DNA of 64,000 bases from NCBI GenBank assembly GCA_965212015.1, contig OZ243037.1, positions 416,001 through 480,000 on the forward strand, given 5' to 3'. The notes under the pieces are model-generated. The model did not search any database. It saw only the letters and a program-made list of their open reading frames with translations, and had not been told where the DNA came from. A program made the translations under genes and the position numbers. Shown piece by piece: positions 19,673-29,900 of the stretch. The stretch comes from Cenarchaeum sp. (GTDB lineage: Archaea; Thermoproteota; Nitrososphaeria; Nitrososphaerales; Nitrosopumilaceae). Every line of letters starts with the position of its first letter. Positions within the stretch are counted from its first letter, which is position 1.

Positions 19673-21067
19673 CTACTCGTTGAATACGTACCTGCGCTGT
19701 CCCCTGGACTCTGTTCTGGTGTCAACATCCACCAGCAGGAACTCTTTTTTCGTGCCAAGTATGGAATCCGCTATTGAGAGCTTGTTTGCGTGAATCTGCT
19801 CGTACTGGTCTAGTGACAGCCTTTTTCTGGGGCCAATCTCGGCCTCCAGGTTCATGTCTTTTACCATCTGGCGGTACCCTGGCCGGATCAGTCCCGAAAA
19901 GACCATGGCTGAGCTGCCCGAGCCGTACGAGCCAAAGCCAAAGCGCTTTCCCTCCAGGTCTATTCCCTTTTGGAACTCAAACTCAAGCGTGCTCCGGAAC
20001 CCCAGGTACAGCGACGCCGTGTACAGGTTTCCAACCACCGACGATGCCACAAGGGAGCTTGCCAGCTTTGACTCGTAAATCTCTTGGAACTCGTCTGTCT
20101 TTGTAAACCGCTTTTGGAACTCGTGATCCCTTTCCATAAACTCCCTGTCCCCCAGCACGGACTCTATCGTGCCGCGCGGATCCTTTGGTGTGGGTTCTGT
20201 CATTCCGACCTTGTCGATTATGCCCTTCCACCTCGAGAGTCCCCTCCATTCGTGCCTCACCAGGTACGCCAGCGCCTTTTTGCCCATGTTAGAGTACGGC
20301 AGGTGCATGTTCAGATAGTCGATATAGTCCAGAATCGAGTCGTCTGCCCCCACCTCGATCAGTCCGGAGGATATTGCCTTTTTCTTGTAGGCCTCTAGTG
20401 CCTTTCTTACCTGGATGAGATACAGCAGGTTGGAGTACTGTCCGTGGACTATTGGCGTCTCTTTTCCAAACGGGCGGTAAAAGTCATACTCGTCCTTGAT
20501 GGATGTCGCAGTCGCCCTGGGATCAAATGAGAGCAGCCGCGGCTCGTCGTTGAGCAGCATCGCCACCGCACCGGCACCCTGCGTCATCTCGCCGGATGAT
20601 CCCATGTCGTATTTTGCAATGTCAGATACCACCACAAGTGCGTGCTTGCCCTCTGCCTCGCCTGCGCGAATCCAGTTCGTATTGTCGTACAGCGCATACG
20701 AGCCGCTCACGCATGCGAACTTTGTCTCCACGCCGCCGCAGTGCTCAAAGGCGCCCTGGCCGTACACCTGTTCCAGCATTCCGACCACGTACGAGTTCAT
20801 CGCCTTTGACTCATCAAAGGAGGACTCTGTCGAGACGTACAGCCTGCCGATATCCTCCGGCGAGAGCTTGTTTTTCTGCATTATCTTCAGGCAGGCATTT
20901 GCCGCAAAGCACGCGGGATCCTGGTTGCTGTCCACTATTGCCATCTGGTACACGCCCAGACCCTTTTGGAGCTTTGTGGCGTCCACCCCGCGAAGCTTTG
21001 CATAGTCGTTTGCGTCCAGGTACAGTTTTGGAATGTATACCGAAATGTCGTCGATTCCCGCAGCCAT
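19673..21067 (-). CDS. mvaS: Hydroxymethylglutaryl-CoA synthase (MvaS-like)
   Basis: GIDDISVYIP, STESSFDESKA, KFACVSG (catalytic Cys), SDIAKY, HLPY, GNLYTASLY, SYGSG. Confidence 0.93.
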   Translation of the reverse strand: MAAGIDDISVYIPKLYLDANDYAKLRGVDATKLQKGLGVYQMAIVDSNQDPACFAANACLKIMQKNKLSPEDIGRLYVSTESSFDESKAMNSYVVGMLEQVYGQGAFEHCGGVETKFACVSGSYALYDNTNWIRAGEAEGKHALVVVSDIAKYDMGSSGEMTQGAGAVAMLLNDEPRLLSFDPRATATSIKDEYDFYRPFGKETPIVHGQYSNLLYLIQVRKALEAYKKKAISSGLIEVGADDSILDYIDYLNMHLPYSNMGKKALAYLVRHEWRGLSRWKGIIDKVGMTEPTPKDPRGTIESVLGDREFMERDHEFQKRFTKTDEFQEIYESKLASSLVASSVVGNLYTASLYLGFRSTLEFEFQKGIDLEGKRFGFGSYGSGSSAMVFSGLIRPGYRQMVKDMNLEAEIGPRKRLSLDQYEQIHANKLSIADSILGTKKEFLLVDVDTRTESRGQRRYVFNE

Positions 21068-21205
21068 ACAAGCTAGCCGCAGGCCGTCTAAATAAAAGCA
21101 TATCACGTCTAAAAAAACACCGCAAACGGCGATATTGTGCCAGTATGGTGCGATTTCACCGCGGATTAACCCGGTTTGTGCCTGTAATTGGTGGGGATTG
21201 CGCGC

Positions 21206-21898
21206 CTATTTTGCAAGCTCGGACTCGAATATCCTCTGAAATACCTCGTATGGCTGCGCGCCGCCTATCTTGGTCACCGCATTATCCGGGCCTATCACAA
21301 AAAAGATCGGCGTGCCGTCCAGCCCCAGGGCCTCCGCATCGCCCCTGCTTGCCGCCACGAGCTGCCCGTGATCGCCTCTGGACATGCACATTCCCCACTG
21401 CTCCTCATCAAGGCCGATCTCGCCTGCAAACGAGGCCAGATTCTCCATCGACGCCCATCCGTTGTTCTCGCCGTCCCAGTTCTCGTACAGGACGTCGTGA
21501 TACTCCCAGAAAAACCCCTGATCTTCTGCACAGTGCGCCCCGCGCGCGGCAGCCTCCGAGTCGGGGCCTATTATCACATTGTCCTTAAAGATTAGCTTGA
21601 CTTTGCCCGTCGAGACATAGTCTGCCAATAGCTCCTTTTCTGTCCCGTGGAAAAACTTGTTGCAAAAAAAGCACTGGTAATCGCCAAACTCGACTAGCGT
21701 TACGGGTGCGTCCGGACTGCCCAGGACGGGTGATCCGTTGCCGGTCAGCACCGACAGCGTCACAGCATCTGCCTTTGGGGGATCATTGGCAAACTGTAGT
21801 TCCGTCTCTGGCTGTCCGGAGAATGCAAAAAACGCAAGCACTATTACGGCAGAGGCCGCAGCCGCACCGATTCCGATTGACGGCCCGTGGATATCCAT
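21206..21898 (-). CDS. Membrane-anchored DsbA/thioredoxin-fold protein
   Basis: N-terminal TM, EFGDYQCFFC, GTP cis-Pro loop. Confidence 0.9.
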   Translation of the reverse strand: MDIHGPSIGIGAAAASAVIVLAFFAFSGQPETELQFANDPPKADAVTLSVLTGNGSPVLGSPDAPVTLVEFGDYQCFFCNKFFHGTEKELLADYVSTGKVKLIFKDNVIIGPDSEAAARGAHCAEDQGFFWEYHDVLYENWDGENNGWASMENLASFAGEIGLDEEQWGMCMSRGDHGQLVAASRGDAEALGLDGTPIFFVIGPDNAVTKIGGAQPYEVFQRIFESELAK

Positions 21899-21967
21899 GG
21901 TTGGGCGGTTTTTTTGTGACATTTAGCCCTTTGTAATTTATTAAGTGGGCGTGCAGTTCCCAATAGC

Positions 21968-23008
21968 ATGAAAAAGGTCTTTGTCAACGGGTTTGGCTCC
22001 ATCGGCAGCAGGATTGCGTCCTTTATCTGCGATGATCCGCAGATCAGCGTCATCGGCGTCGGAAAGCACACCCCCGGCGGGGGCGTCGGCGCCGCAGTCT
22101 CCGAGGGCTATGACGTCTATGTCCCGGAAAAAAGACTCGGCGAGTTTGACGGGTGCCGCATTGCAGGCACCATCGAGTCCGCAGTGGATCAAAGCGATCT
22201 GGTAATTGACGCATCGCCTGCGGGGCAGGGATACAAAAACAAGACAGAGCTGTATGTGCCAAGAAAAAAGGCCGCAATATACCAGGGCGGCGAGACCGTA
22301 TACGGGGACTGTGCAGTGTCGGATTTGCTGTTCAACTCTAGGGCAAACTATGACGAGGCCATCGGCAGGACACATGTCATGCAGGGAAGCTGCAACGTGA
22401 CTGGAATGGGGAGGATTCTGCAGCCGCTGCGGGAACGATTCGGCGACAGGCTGGAAAGGTTTGATGTGACACTGGTGCGCAGGTGGGCAGACATTGGACA
22501 GTCCGGCGAGCTCAAGGATACAGTCGAGATGACGCCGGATCCGCACCACGGCGACGATGTAAAGTCGTACATGGGCGAGGAGACGCCGCTGTTTTTGCGC
22601 GCAATCAAGGTCCCAAGCAGGCAGATGCACCTGCACATACTCGACATAAGGTTCAAGGGTGTAGCGCCAAGGCCCTCGGAGATACTGGCATTGTTCAAAA
22701 ACGAGTACGGCGTGGCCACACTGCGGACTGCCAGGGGGACGAGGGACGTCAGGGAGTTTGCCGATTCCATGGGGTTTGGCTTTGGGGACACCAACATGAT
22801 ACACATTCACGCAGACATGACTGTGTCTGCCGGCGACACTATACAAATGATGTATTCAGACGATCAGACCGGAATCGTGATTCCAGAGAACCACATGCTG
22901 ATGCAGGCCATGCTGTTTGAGAGGCCGCGCGGGGAGGCATCTGCACACACAGAAAGCCTGTTTCACATGGACGAGAAAAAGCAAAAGCTCGAAGAGCACT
23001 TTGCCTAG
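21968..23008 (+). CDS. gap: Archaeal type II glyceraldehyde-3-phosphate dehydrogenase
   Basis: NGFGSIG, YQGGE, GSCNVTG, RRWAD, HHGDDV, VIPEN. Confidence 0.93.
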   Translation: MKKVFVNGFGSIGSRIASFICDDPQISVIGVGKHTPGGGVGAAVSEGYDVYVPEKRLGEFDGCRIAGTIESAVDQSDLVIDASPAGQGYKNKTELYVPRKKAAIYQGGETVYGDCAVSDLLFNSRANYDEAIGRTHVMQGSCNVTGMGRILQPLRERFGDRLERFDVTLVRRWADIGQSGELKDTVEMTPDPHHGDDVKSYMGEETPLFLRAIKVPSRQMHLHILDIRFKGVAPRPSEILALFKNEYGVATLRTARGTRDVREFADSMGFGFGDTNMIHIHADMTVSAGDTIQMMYSDDQTGIVIPENHMLMQAMLFERPRGEASAHTESLFHMDEKKQKLEEHFA

Positions 23009-24258
23009 CCTTTGATCCGCTCTATCCTGATTTTATCCGGCCTGTTTTTGCCCACCTTTTCTACGATTATTCTCAGCGAGTCGACTATCACCCTGTCGCC
23101 CTCCTGCGGTATGTCCTGGAGCTTTTCGTGCAGCAGGCCGTTTAGCGTCGCATAGTCGTCGCCCTCCGGCACGTCGGTCTTGAAGTATTCGTTGATCTTG
23201 TCGATTTCAACATCGCCGTTGGTGATTATGGTGTCCCGGTCAATGCTTTGAATGTCAGCCGGCCTTGCCTTGTCAGTCTCGTCCTCTATCTCGCCTACAA
23301 TCTCCTCGAGCAGATCCTCCAGCGTCACCAGCCCCTCTACTCCCTTGTGCTCGTCAACTACCATGGCCATGTGGACCTTGCGGCCCTTCATCTCTAAAAG
23401 CAGTGCAGAGACCATCTTTTCTTGCGACGCAAACACCGGCTGCCGCGCAATCCGTTCTAGCACCACCATCTTGTTGTCGCGCTCCAGCTCCTTGAGCACG
23501 TCCCTTACGTGGATGAATCCCACAATGTCGTCCTTGTTTTTGCCATAGATTGGGATTCTCGAGTGGCCGCTCTGGTTGATCAGCGGCAGCGCCTCAAAGA
23601 GCATCATCTTTGAGTTGAGCGTAAACATCCTGGTCCGTGGCGTCATTACCGTCCTTATCACCGTGTCGTCAAACTCTAGCGCCCCGCGGACCAGCTCCCT
23701 TTCCTCCTTTTCTATGGCCTTGTCTGCCAGCCCCTGCTCCACGATTCCCTTGATCTCCTCTTCTGTGATGGGCGGGGCGTGATAGCTGCTTCCCGTGAGC
23801 CTCACCATGCCCCTCGTTATGATCTCAAACATCTTTACGACCGGCCAGAACGCATAGCTGAACGCAAGCAGCACCGGGGCAAACCGCAGCGCGATTTTTG
23901 TCGCGTTTGCATTGCAGTACGTCTTTGGGGTAATCTCGCCGAAGACCAGTATAAGAAACGTCATGATTCCCACGGCGATTCCCAGGCCGTCGTTGCCAAA
24001 GAGCCGGATTGCGATGCTGGTGGCAAGCGCAGACGATCCCACGTTTACGAGATTGTTGCCAAGGTTCACACTCGACATCATCCAGCCGGGGTTGGACTTT
24101 AGCTTGTGCAGTGCTACGGCGCCCTTTGTCTTTTTTTTGAGGAGCTGGTTTACCTTGGAGCTCCTGGTGCCCACCAGCGCGACTTCGAGCCCGCTGAAAA
24201 ACCCGGACAGACCGATTAATACTGCCAGCGTCGCAAGCTCAACCCACAGATCTACCAT
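23005..24258 (-). CDS. HlyC/CorC (DUF21-CBS-CorC) family transporter
   Basis: SGFFSGLEVAL, FGEITPK, VMTPR, HSRIPIY, VTLEDLLEEIVGEI. Confidence 0.93.
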   Translation of the reverse strand: MVDLWVELATLAVLIGLSGFFSGLEVALVGTRSSKVNQLLKKKTKGAVALHKLKSNPGWMMSSVNLGNNLVNVGSSALATSIAIRLFGNDGLGIAVGIMTFLILVFGEITPKTYCNANATKIALRFAPVLLAFSYAFWPVVKMFEIITRGMVRLTGSSYHAPPITEEEIKGIVEQGLADKAIEKEERELVRGALEFDDTVIRTVMTPRTRMFTLNSKMMLFEALPLINQSGHSRIPIYGKNKDDIVGFIHVRDVLKELERDNKMVVLERIARQPVFASQEKMVSALLLEMKGRKVHMAMVVDEHKGVEGLVTLEDLLEEIVGEIEDETDKARPADIQSIDRDTIITNGDVEIDKINEYFKTDVPEGDDYATLNGLLHEKLQDIPQEGDRVIVDSLRIIVEKVGKNRPDKIRIERIKG

Positions 24259-24396
24259 TCCGGCCTCCACAGGACGTGAGAACAATAGTCCTTCATTTTG
24301 TTATTATCTTCACCATTTCGGGTTGGGTGTATTTGGTGAAAATTCCTCTTAAACATTGCCTTTTTTGACCATCCGCCCTGTGACTGGGCCTGCCAG

Positions 24397-24726
24397 TCAC
24401 CGTTTTGCGGAATCATCCTTAAAGCCGGGTCCGGTCATCTCCTCTGGCCTGACCCTTTGATCCCAGTCGCCCCTTGCACCCAGGACCAGCATGAACACGC
24501 CTGTTGCGATAATGCCGACGACAAGGGAGAAAAATGCCGCCTTGCCGTACAGTCCGGCCTCGCACGATACCGGCACGGGCGCCCTCTCCTCGGAATACTC
24601 GTAGCAGTCAGAAAACTCTTGGGCCTCCGCAGAGAGGGCAAAAAAGGCAGAGCCGAATATCCCGAGTACCAGAAACCCCGCAAAGACCAGTCCGACTCCA
24701 ATCAGCGTGAGGCGCGTATCGCTCAT
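24397..24726 (-). CDS. Small two-TM membrane protein
   Basis: Two hydrophobic segments flanking a Cys-pair loop; C-terminal GDWDQRVRPEEM. Confidence 0.75.
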   Translation of the reverse strand: MSDTRLTLIGVGLVFAGFLVLGIFGSAFFALSAEAQEFSDCYEYSEERAPVPVSCEAGLYGKAAFFSLVVGIIATGVFMLVLGARGDWDQRVRPEEMTGPGFKDDSAKR

Positions 24727-24787
24727 GGGACAGCTTTGCGCCGGCCATATTTACACCTTGAGCGGATCGCACAATCTGCGTGCGGCA

Positions 24788-25423
24788 CTAGGTGATTGTG
24801 ACTTTTCTGCCGGAGATTTTGATCCTTCCCCTCGCATAAAGATCCACTGCCTTTGGGTAAATCCTGTGCTCCTGTGCGAGGATTCTTTTGGAGAGCGAGT
24901 CCCGCGTGTCCCCGTCTTTTACCCTTACCGTCGACTGTATGATTATGGCGCCCGAATCCACCCCGTCATCCACAAAGTGCACGGTGCATCCGGAGACCTT
25001 TACGCCGTGCCTTATGGCCTGGCCCTGCGCATCAAGGCCGCCAAATGCCGGCAGGAGCGCCGGATGTATGTTTAGGATCCTGTTTTTGTATTCCCTTACA
25101 AACTCTGGGCTGATAATTCTCATGAATCCGGCAAGGCACACCAGCCCGTTTGTCCTAGTCACGCCGTGCCTTTTCAGGACGGCGATAACCTTTTGGTCGT
25201 ACTCGCTCCTGCTGCCAGAAAACCCCGCGCCGGGAACCGTCTCTGTCTCTATCTGCATTTTTTTTGCGATTTTCAGCCCCCCCGCGCGCGCATTGTCAGA
25301 TATGACGACTGCCGGCCTGATTGGGGTTTTTTTGCGTTTTACCGCCCTGAGAATCGCCTCCATGTTACTCCCCCTGCCGGAGATTAGTATTCCGAGTCTT
25401 AGCAACAGGTTCGTGTATAGCAT
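24788..25423 (-). CDS. purN: Phosphoribosylglycinamide formyltransferase
   Basis: LISGRGSNM, LAGFMRII, NIHPALLP, GCTVHFVD; start may be TTG 25405. Confidence 0.96.
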   Translation of the reverse strand: MLYTNLLLRLGILISGRGSNMEAILRAVKRKKTPIRPAVVISDNARAGGLKIAKKMQIETETVPGAGFSGSRSEYDQKVIAVLKRHGVTRTNGLVCLAGFMRIISPEFVREYKNRILNIHPALLPAFGGLDAQGQAIRHGVKVSGCTVHFVDDGVDSGAIIIQSTVRVKDGDTRDSLSKRILAQEHRIYPKAVDLYARGRIKISGRKVTIT

Positions 25424-25617
25424 GCCTGCATTTTAAAGATTAGATTTTTGCGCGCCGGCGGCGTCTGGCAGACAAGCTTGCAAAGCCGTAACTGCCGCAC
25501 CTGCACGGACTACAGGAAACCCGGCGTGGATTATATAATGGCCGCACATCGGAGTCCTGCATTAGGCGTGTGGTTTCCCATATGTGAAAAGGAGATTATG
25601 ATACATGTTAATATCTC

Positions 25618-25682
25618 CGAAAAAACAGGAAAATATGCTATAAATTAATATATACGAAAAAACAAGAAATTATGATATAAAT
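25618..25682 (+). promoter_or_regulatory. Two 28-bp direct repeats (25/28 identical) at the abiEi promoter/start, candidate autoregulatory operator
   Basis: cgaaaaaacaggaaaatatgctataaat (25618-45) and cgaaaaaacaagaaattatgatataaat (25655-82). Confidence 0.55.
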
Positions 25683-26304
25683 GAAAACCACAGCAATATT
25701 GAAAAGGGCCCACATCGAGAACAAAGAGTTTCTGACCGGCGATGATCTCAGGCTATACTGCAAGGAGGGCAAGTTTGACTACAAGTATGCGGTAAAGTAT
25801 CTGGTAGAGAGGGGCTATCTGGTAAGGATATTTCGCGGAATATTCTATGTAAAGGGCTCCAGAGCAGGGATAAGGGAATATGATCGCCGCGAGTTGGTGG
25901 GAAAGGGAATGGAGCTAAAGGGCGTAAAAGACTGGTATTTTGCGCTATACAGCGCATTAAAGCTCAACAACATGACGCACGAGCACTTTACCACAGAGTA
26001 CGTGATCAATGATTTTGTTTTCAGGCCAACGCCGATGAGAATAGCTGGCTACAAGTTCAAGTTTCTCAAGATAACACCCAAACTGCTTGATTTCGGGATA
26101 AAGGGCAAGATTGTCAGGTATTCGGATGCAGAAAAGACGATACTTGATTTTATCTATGTCTGGCAGTACAACAGCGTTCCGCCAGAAAAGATACTGATGG
26201 ACGTATCAGAGTGGGCGGAGGGAATCTCAAAAGTAAAGATCAGGCGTTATTCGACAAGATACCCAAAGTCGGTGGGAAGGATAGTGGAGAGGATGTACAA
26301 GTGA
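25681..26304 (+). CDS. Type IV TA antitoxin, AbiEi family
   Basis: wHTH with GYLVRIFRGIFY, SALKLNNMT, SDAEKTILDFIY; directly upstream of AbiEii. Confidence 0.85.
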   Translation: MKTTAILKRAHIENKEFLTGDDLRLYCKEGKFDYKYAVKYLVERGYLVRIFRGIFYVKGSRAGIREYDRRELVGKGMELKGVKDWYFALYSALKLNNMTHEHFTTEYVINDFVFRPTPMRIAGYKFKFLKITPKLLDFGIKGKIVRYSDAEKTILDFIYVWQYNSVPPEKILMDVSEWAEGISKVKIRRYSTRYPKSVGRIVERMYK

Positions 26305-27230
26305 GAAAAACCACGATAGACGGCATAGCAAACGTGCTCAAAATCAATATGCCAGACCGGTTAGAAAAAGACATCATAATCCATGAAATTCTTGCGGATT
26401 TGTCAGACGATGATTTTTTTTCAGGCAATCTAGTGTTTAAAGGCGGCACCTGCCTAGTAAAGGCATATCTCGGATATTACAGGTTTTCGGAAGATATGGA
26501 TTTTACTTGGAAAAATCAAGATATATTCAAAGAAAAGTCAGGAAAAGATATTCGGCGAGAGATTTCCAAACACATTGAAAAGATCGGAAAAATTCTTGAA
26601 GGCATTGCGGCAAAAAGAGGGCTCTATTTCAAGTATGAAAAAAATAATCTAAAATATGTTAATCTTGGCGGAAGTAACAAGATGATAACTTTTTTTATAT
26701 TGTATGACTCTGAAGTGACGGGGGAGGAAATATCTATAAAAATACAAATAAATTTTATAGAGTGCTTGCTGTATCCTTTACAAAATAAGACATTGAAGAG
26801 TTTGGCATCAGACAAGAAGGAATTGGAATTCTTTACAAAATCAAACCAATACAATAACGAGATCAAATTTGAGGTTTATGATATCAAGGAAATACTGTGT
26901 GAAAAAATCAGGGCAATTCTGACTAGAAGAGGCATAAAAACAAGGGATTTTCTAGATGTTTACCTGATATGCAAAAGATATGATGTGGATCTTGATGAAA
27001 TAAATGTGAACGCAACTAAAAAACTAAATTTTTCCCTACAAATGTATGCCAAATACCGGGAAAACCTGAAAAACAAGAGGGATTATATCAATACTGGGAA
27101 AGGTCTTTTTGTGTGGGAGAACGAGATGAATCTATTAGAGAAAATAGACGTGAATGAATTTTATTCCTTTAACAAAAAATTGGAATCCTTTCTTGGAGAG
27201 ATTATTCAAAACATCATTCACACTAAATGA
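26301..27230 (+). CDS. Type IV TA toxin, AbiEii nucleotidyltransferase
   Basis: LEKD, LVFKGGTCL, YRFSEDMDF, EKIRA, RDFLDVY; GTGA overlap; AT-rich. Confidence 0.92.
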   Translation: MRKTTIDGIANVLKINMPDRLEKDIIIHEILADLSDDDFFSGNLVFKGGTCLVKAYLGYYRFSEDMDFTWKNQDIFKEKSGKDIRREISKHIEKIGKILEGIAAKRGLYFKYEKNNLKYVNLGGSNKMITFFILYDSEVTGEEISIKIQINFIECLLYPLQNKTLKSLASDKKELEFFTKSNQYNNEIKFEVYDIKEILCEKIRAILTRRGIKTRDFLDVYLICKRYDVDLDEINVNATKKLNFSLQMYAKYRENLKNKRDYINTGKGLFVWENEMNLLEKIDVNEFYSFNKKLESFLGEIIQNIIHTK

Positions 27231-27302
27231 CAGAAAAGGCATCTTACACACGGTGAGAAATACGGTCGGGTGCAAGAGATCACCGGCCCCGGATTGCGCG
27301 CA

Positions 27303-28307
27303 CTAGGCCTGCTTTGGCCTTTCGGGTATCAGGCCGCTCGGCCTAAAGAGCAGCACCAGCAGCATCACGCCGCCCAGCAGCAGATAGTCAAGCCAGATTA
27401 TGTCAAAGGGCACGTATCCGTCCAAAAAGTCGTTATAGTATATGACCAGCTTTCTTGTCACGACAAAGATCAGCGTTCCTAGCAGCACCCCCTTGTTGTT
27501 TGCCATGCCGCCCACTATTACCATCACGAATGGAAGAAAAGTCCAGTTCAGCCTAGTGTATCCGAACGCCACGACGCTCTCTACGTACGACGCATAAAGC
27601 AGGCCGCCCAGGGCGCCTATCATCCCGCCCAGCATTAGCACCTTTGTCTTAATCCGGGTGGTATCGCGCCCCAGCGCCTCGACGGCTATCTCGTCATCAC
27701 GCATGGCGCGCATCAGCCGGCCCACCGGCGCGCTCGTAAACTTTGATACAAACAGGTACACGGCGCCTGCAAATCCCAGCAGCACAAAGCTGATTGCCAG
27801 AAACCTAAACTCGTTGGGCACAAACGAGAGCATGTCAGGTACTGTAACGCCCAGCGTCCCGCCCACCAAATCAGGATAGTTCACCCCGACAATCCTGATT
27901 ATCTCGCCAAAAGCCAGCAGCGTGATTGCCAGATAGTCCCCGCGCAGCCGTATTGCCGGATACGATGCGACCAGCCCAAGTAGTGCGCCGGCAACCATCG
28001 CTATTGCGACCGTTACGCCAAAGACCAGAAAGCCCAGCGCCGGATCGACCCCGAGGTGCGCGTTTATCTGCGAGACCATGTCCAGGTTGTCATCTATGGG
28101 ATCCAGGCCAATGTCCAGAATCAGGCCGTACAGGTGAATCGGGATTATCCCCATGACAAACGCCCCGGCGCCGACTGTGAGGACCTTGCCAAAGTTGGGT
28201 ATGCCGGCAAAGCCGAACTCCAGATTCAGGCTGAGGTTGATTATCAGGTATATGGAGAATATCGCTATCAAATCTGACAGGAATATGATCTCGGATCCTA
28301 GTGCCAT
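27303..28307 (-). CDS. livM: Branched-chain amino acid ABC permease (LivM-like)
   Basis: RLRGDYLAITLLAFGEI, RAMRDDEIA. Confidence 0.9.
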   Translation of the reverse strand: MALGSEIIFLSDLIAIFSIYLIINLSLNLEFGFAGIPNFGKVLTVGAGAFVMGIIPIHLYGLILDIGLDPIDDNLDMVSQINAHLGVDPALGFLVFGVTVAIAMVAGALLGLVASYPAIRLRGDYLAITLLAFGEIIRIVGVNYPDLVGGTLGVTVPDMLSFVPNEFRFLAISFVLLGFAGAVYLFVSKFTSAPVGRLMRAMRDDEIAVEALGRDTTRIKTKVLMLGGMIGALGGLLYASYVESVVAFGYTRLNWTFLPFVMVIVGGMANNKGVLLGTLIFVVTRKLVIYYNDFLDGYVPFDIIWLDYLLLGGVMLLVLLFRPSGLIPERPKQA

Positions 28308-29206
28308 CTTTCACGCACCCTCGATATTATATCGGATATCCCCTTGGGGGAGAGCATCAGCGTCAGAATTATGAACAAAAACGGTATCATCGGGCGGTAC
28401 GGGGTTATCCAGTATCCCAGAGTCGACGCAAGTATGTTGGTTCCTATTATCTCGCTGATGCCGATTACCAGCCCGCCGAGGATTGCGCCGTAAATGCTCG
28501 TAAAGCCGCCGACTATGCTTCCGGCAAACACGCTCGGAAGCAGTATTCCTGACAAGCTCGGATCCCCCTGGAACCACAGCGCCATGAGCACGCCGGCTAT
28601 TCCGCCAAGGCCGCCGCTTAGAAACCACGACACGCAAAACACCCTCTTTGTGTTTATTCCAAAGACCGACGCAAGCGACTCGTTTTCGATTGACGCCCTC
28701 ATCTGTATTCCGAACCTGGTCCTGTACAGCAGATAGTACAGGCCCAGAACCAGGCAGGCCATCACCGCCATGGATACGAACAGTATCATCGGAAGATCCA
28801 GTATCATGCCGTCAAAGCTGCGCAGCGTGAAATCCCGGGACGTGACGTGGAACTCGTTTGAGATATAGTCTGCCAGTATGTTGAGCACGCCTATCATGAA
28901 TATGTCAAAGGACAGCGTGGCAATTATCAGCGTGAGAAACGACGACTTTTTCTCCTGTAGCACCCGGATTATCGCATAGTACAAAAACAGCGCAGTCGCG
29001 CCAGAGACTGCAAACGCAAGCGGCATGGCCAGGTACGGGCTGTTGCCAGTCACGTTGGTTATTATCAGCGCCATGTACATGCCCAGGACGGCAAATGATG
29101 CGTGCGCAAAGTTTGGGACCTTGGTTATCTTGTACGTGAGTGTCAGGCCCACGCACAGCACCGCAAGCACGGATGCGTATATCAGCCCGTCAAAGAATAT
29201 TATCAT
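28298..29206 (-). CDS. livH: Branched-chain amino acid ABC permease (LivH-like)
   Basis: GLTLTY...NFAH, RTRFGIQMRA, GIN. Confidence 0.9.
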   Translation of the reverse strand: MIIFFDGLIYASVLAVLCVGLTLTYKITKVPNFAHASFAVLGMYMALIITNVTGNSPYLAMPLAFAVSGATALFLYYAIIRVLQEKKSSFLTLIIATLSFDIFMIGVLNILADYISNEFHVTSRDFTLRSFDGMILDLPMILFVSMAVMACLVLGLYYLLYRTRFGIQMRASIENESLASVFGINTKRVFCVSWFLSGGLGGIAGVLMALWFQGDPSLSGILLPSVFAGSIVGGFTSIYGAILGGLVIGISEIIGTNILASTLGYWITPYRPMIPFLFIILTLMLSPKGISDIISRVRERWH

Positions 29207-29207
29207 C

Positions 29208-29900
29208 TCAAACACCCAGGTATTTTTTTGCAAGCTCCTCATCGGCTAGCAGTGATGCCGGCTCGCCGTGGTATATTATGTTCCCGCTGGAAAAGAGATA
29301 GCACGTATCGCACGCGCCAAGCGCGTTTTTGACGTTCTGCTCGACTAGTATGATGCAGTTTCCAAGCTTGCGCTGGATCTCCTTTATCTTCTCCAGCACC
29401 AGTGTGGCGTTTTTTGGCGACAGGTTTGCAGTCGGCTCGTCAAAGAGTATGACCCTCGGCTTTTTTGTCAGCGTCATTGCGATTGCAAGCATCTGCCTCT
29501 GCCCCCCGCTGAGATCCCGCGCCTTTTTGGACATGCTGGGCCTCAGCGCCGGAAACAGCTCAAAGAGATCCTCAAGGGGGGGCTCATCAGGAAGGCTTGC
29601 AATCACCAGGTTCTCGCGGATGCTGAGATCATAAAAGACGTTGTTTGTCTGCGACATGTAGGATATGCCGGTCTTTGTAATCCGATGAGTCGACATGCCA
29701 GTAATGTCCCTCTCCTCGAGCATTATTCTGCCCGATGTAATGTCGCACAGGCCGAATATCGACTTTAGCATGGTGCTTTTTCCAGAGCCGTTAGAGCCCA
29801 CTATAACTGTGAGCTCGTCGCCTGCCGCAAAGTCGACGCCGTGCAGTATCTGGTTTTTGCCGTATCCGCTGTGCAGTGACTGGATGGTGATGGTGCTCAT
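29208..29900 (-). CDS. livF: Branched-chain amino acid ABC ATPase (LivF-like)
   Basis: GSNGSGKST, LSGGQRQMLA, DEPT, LVEQN. Confidence 0.9.
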   Translation of the reverse strand: MSTITIQSLHSGYGKNQILHGVDFAAGDELTVIVGSNGSGKSTMLKSIFGLCDITSGRIMLEERDITGMSTHRITKTGISYMSQTNNVFYDLSIRENLVIASLPDEPPLEDLFELFPALRPSMSKKARDLSGGQRQMLAIAMTLTKKPRVILFDEPTANLSPKNATLVLEKIKEIQRKLGNCIILVEQNVKNALGACDTCYLFSSGNIIYHGEPASLLADEELAKKYLGV

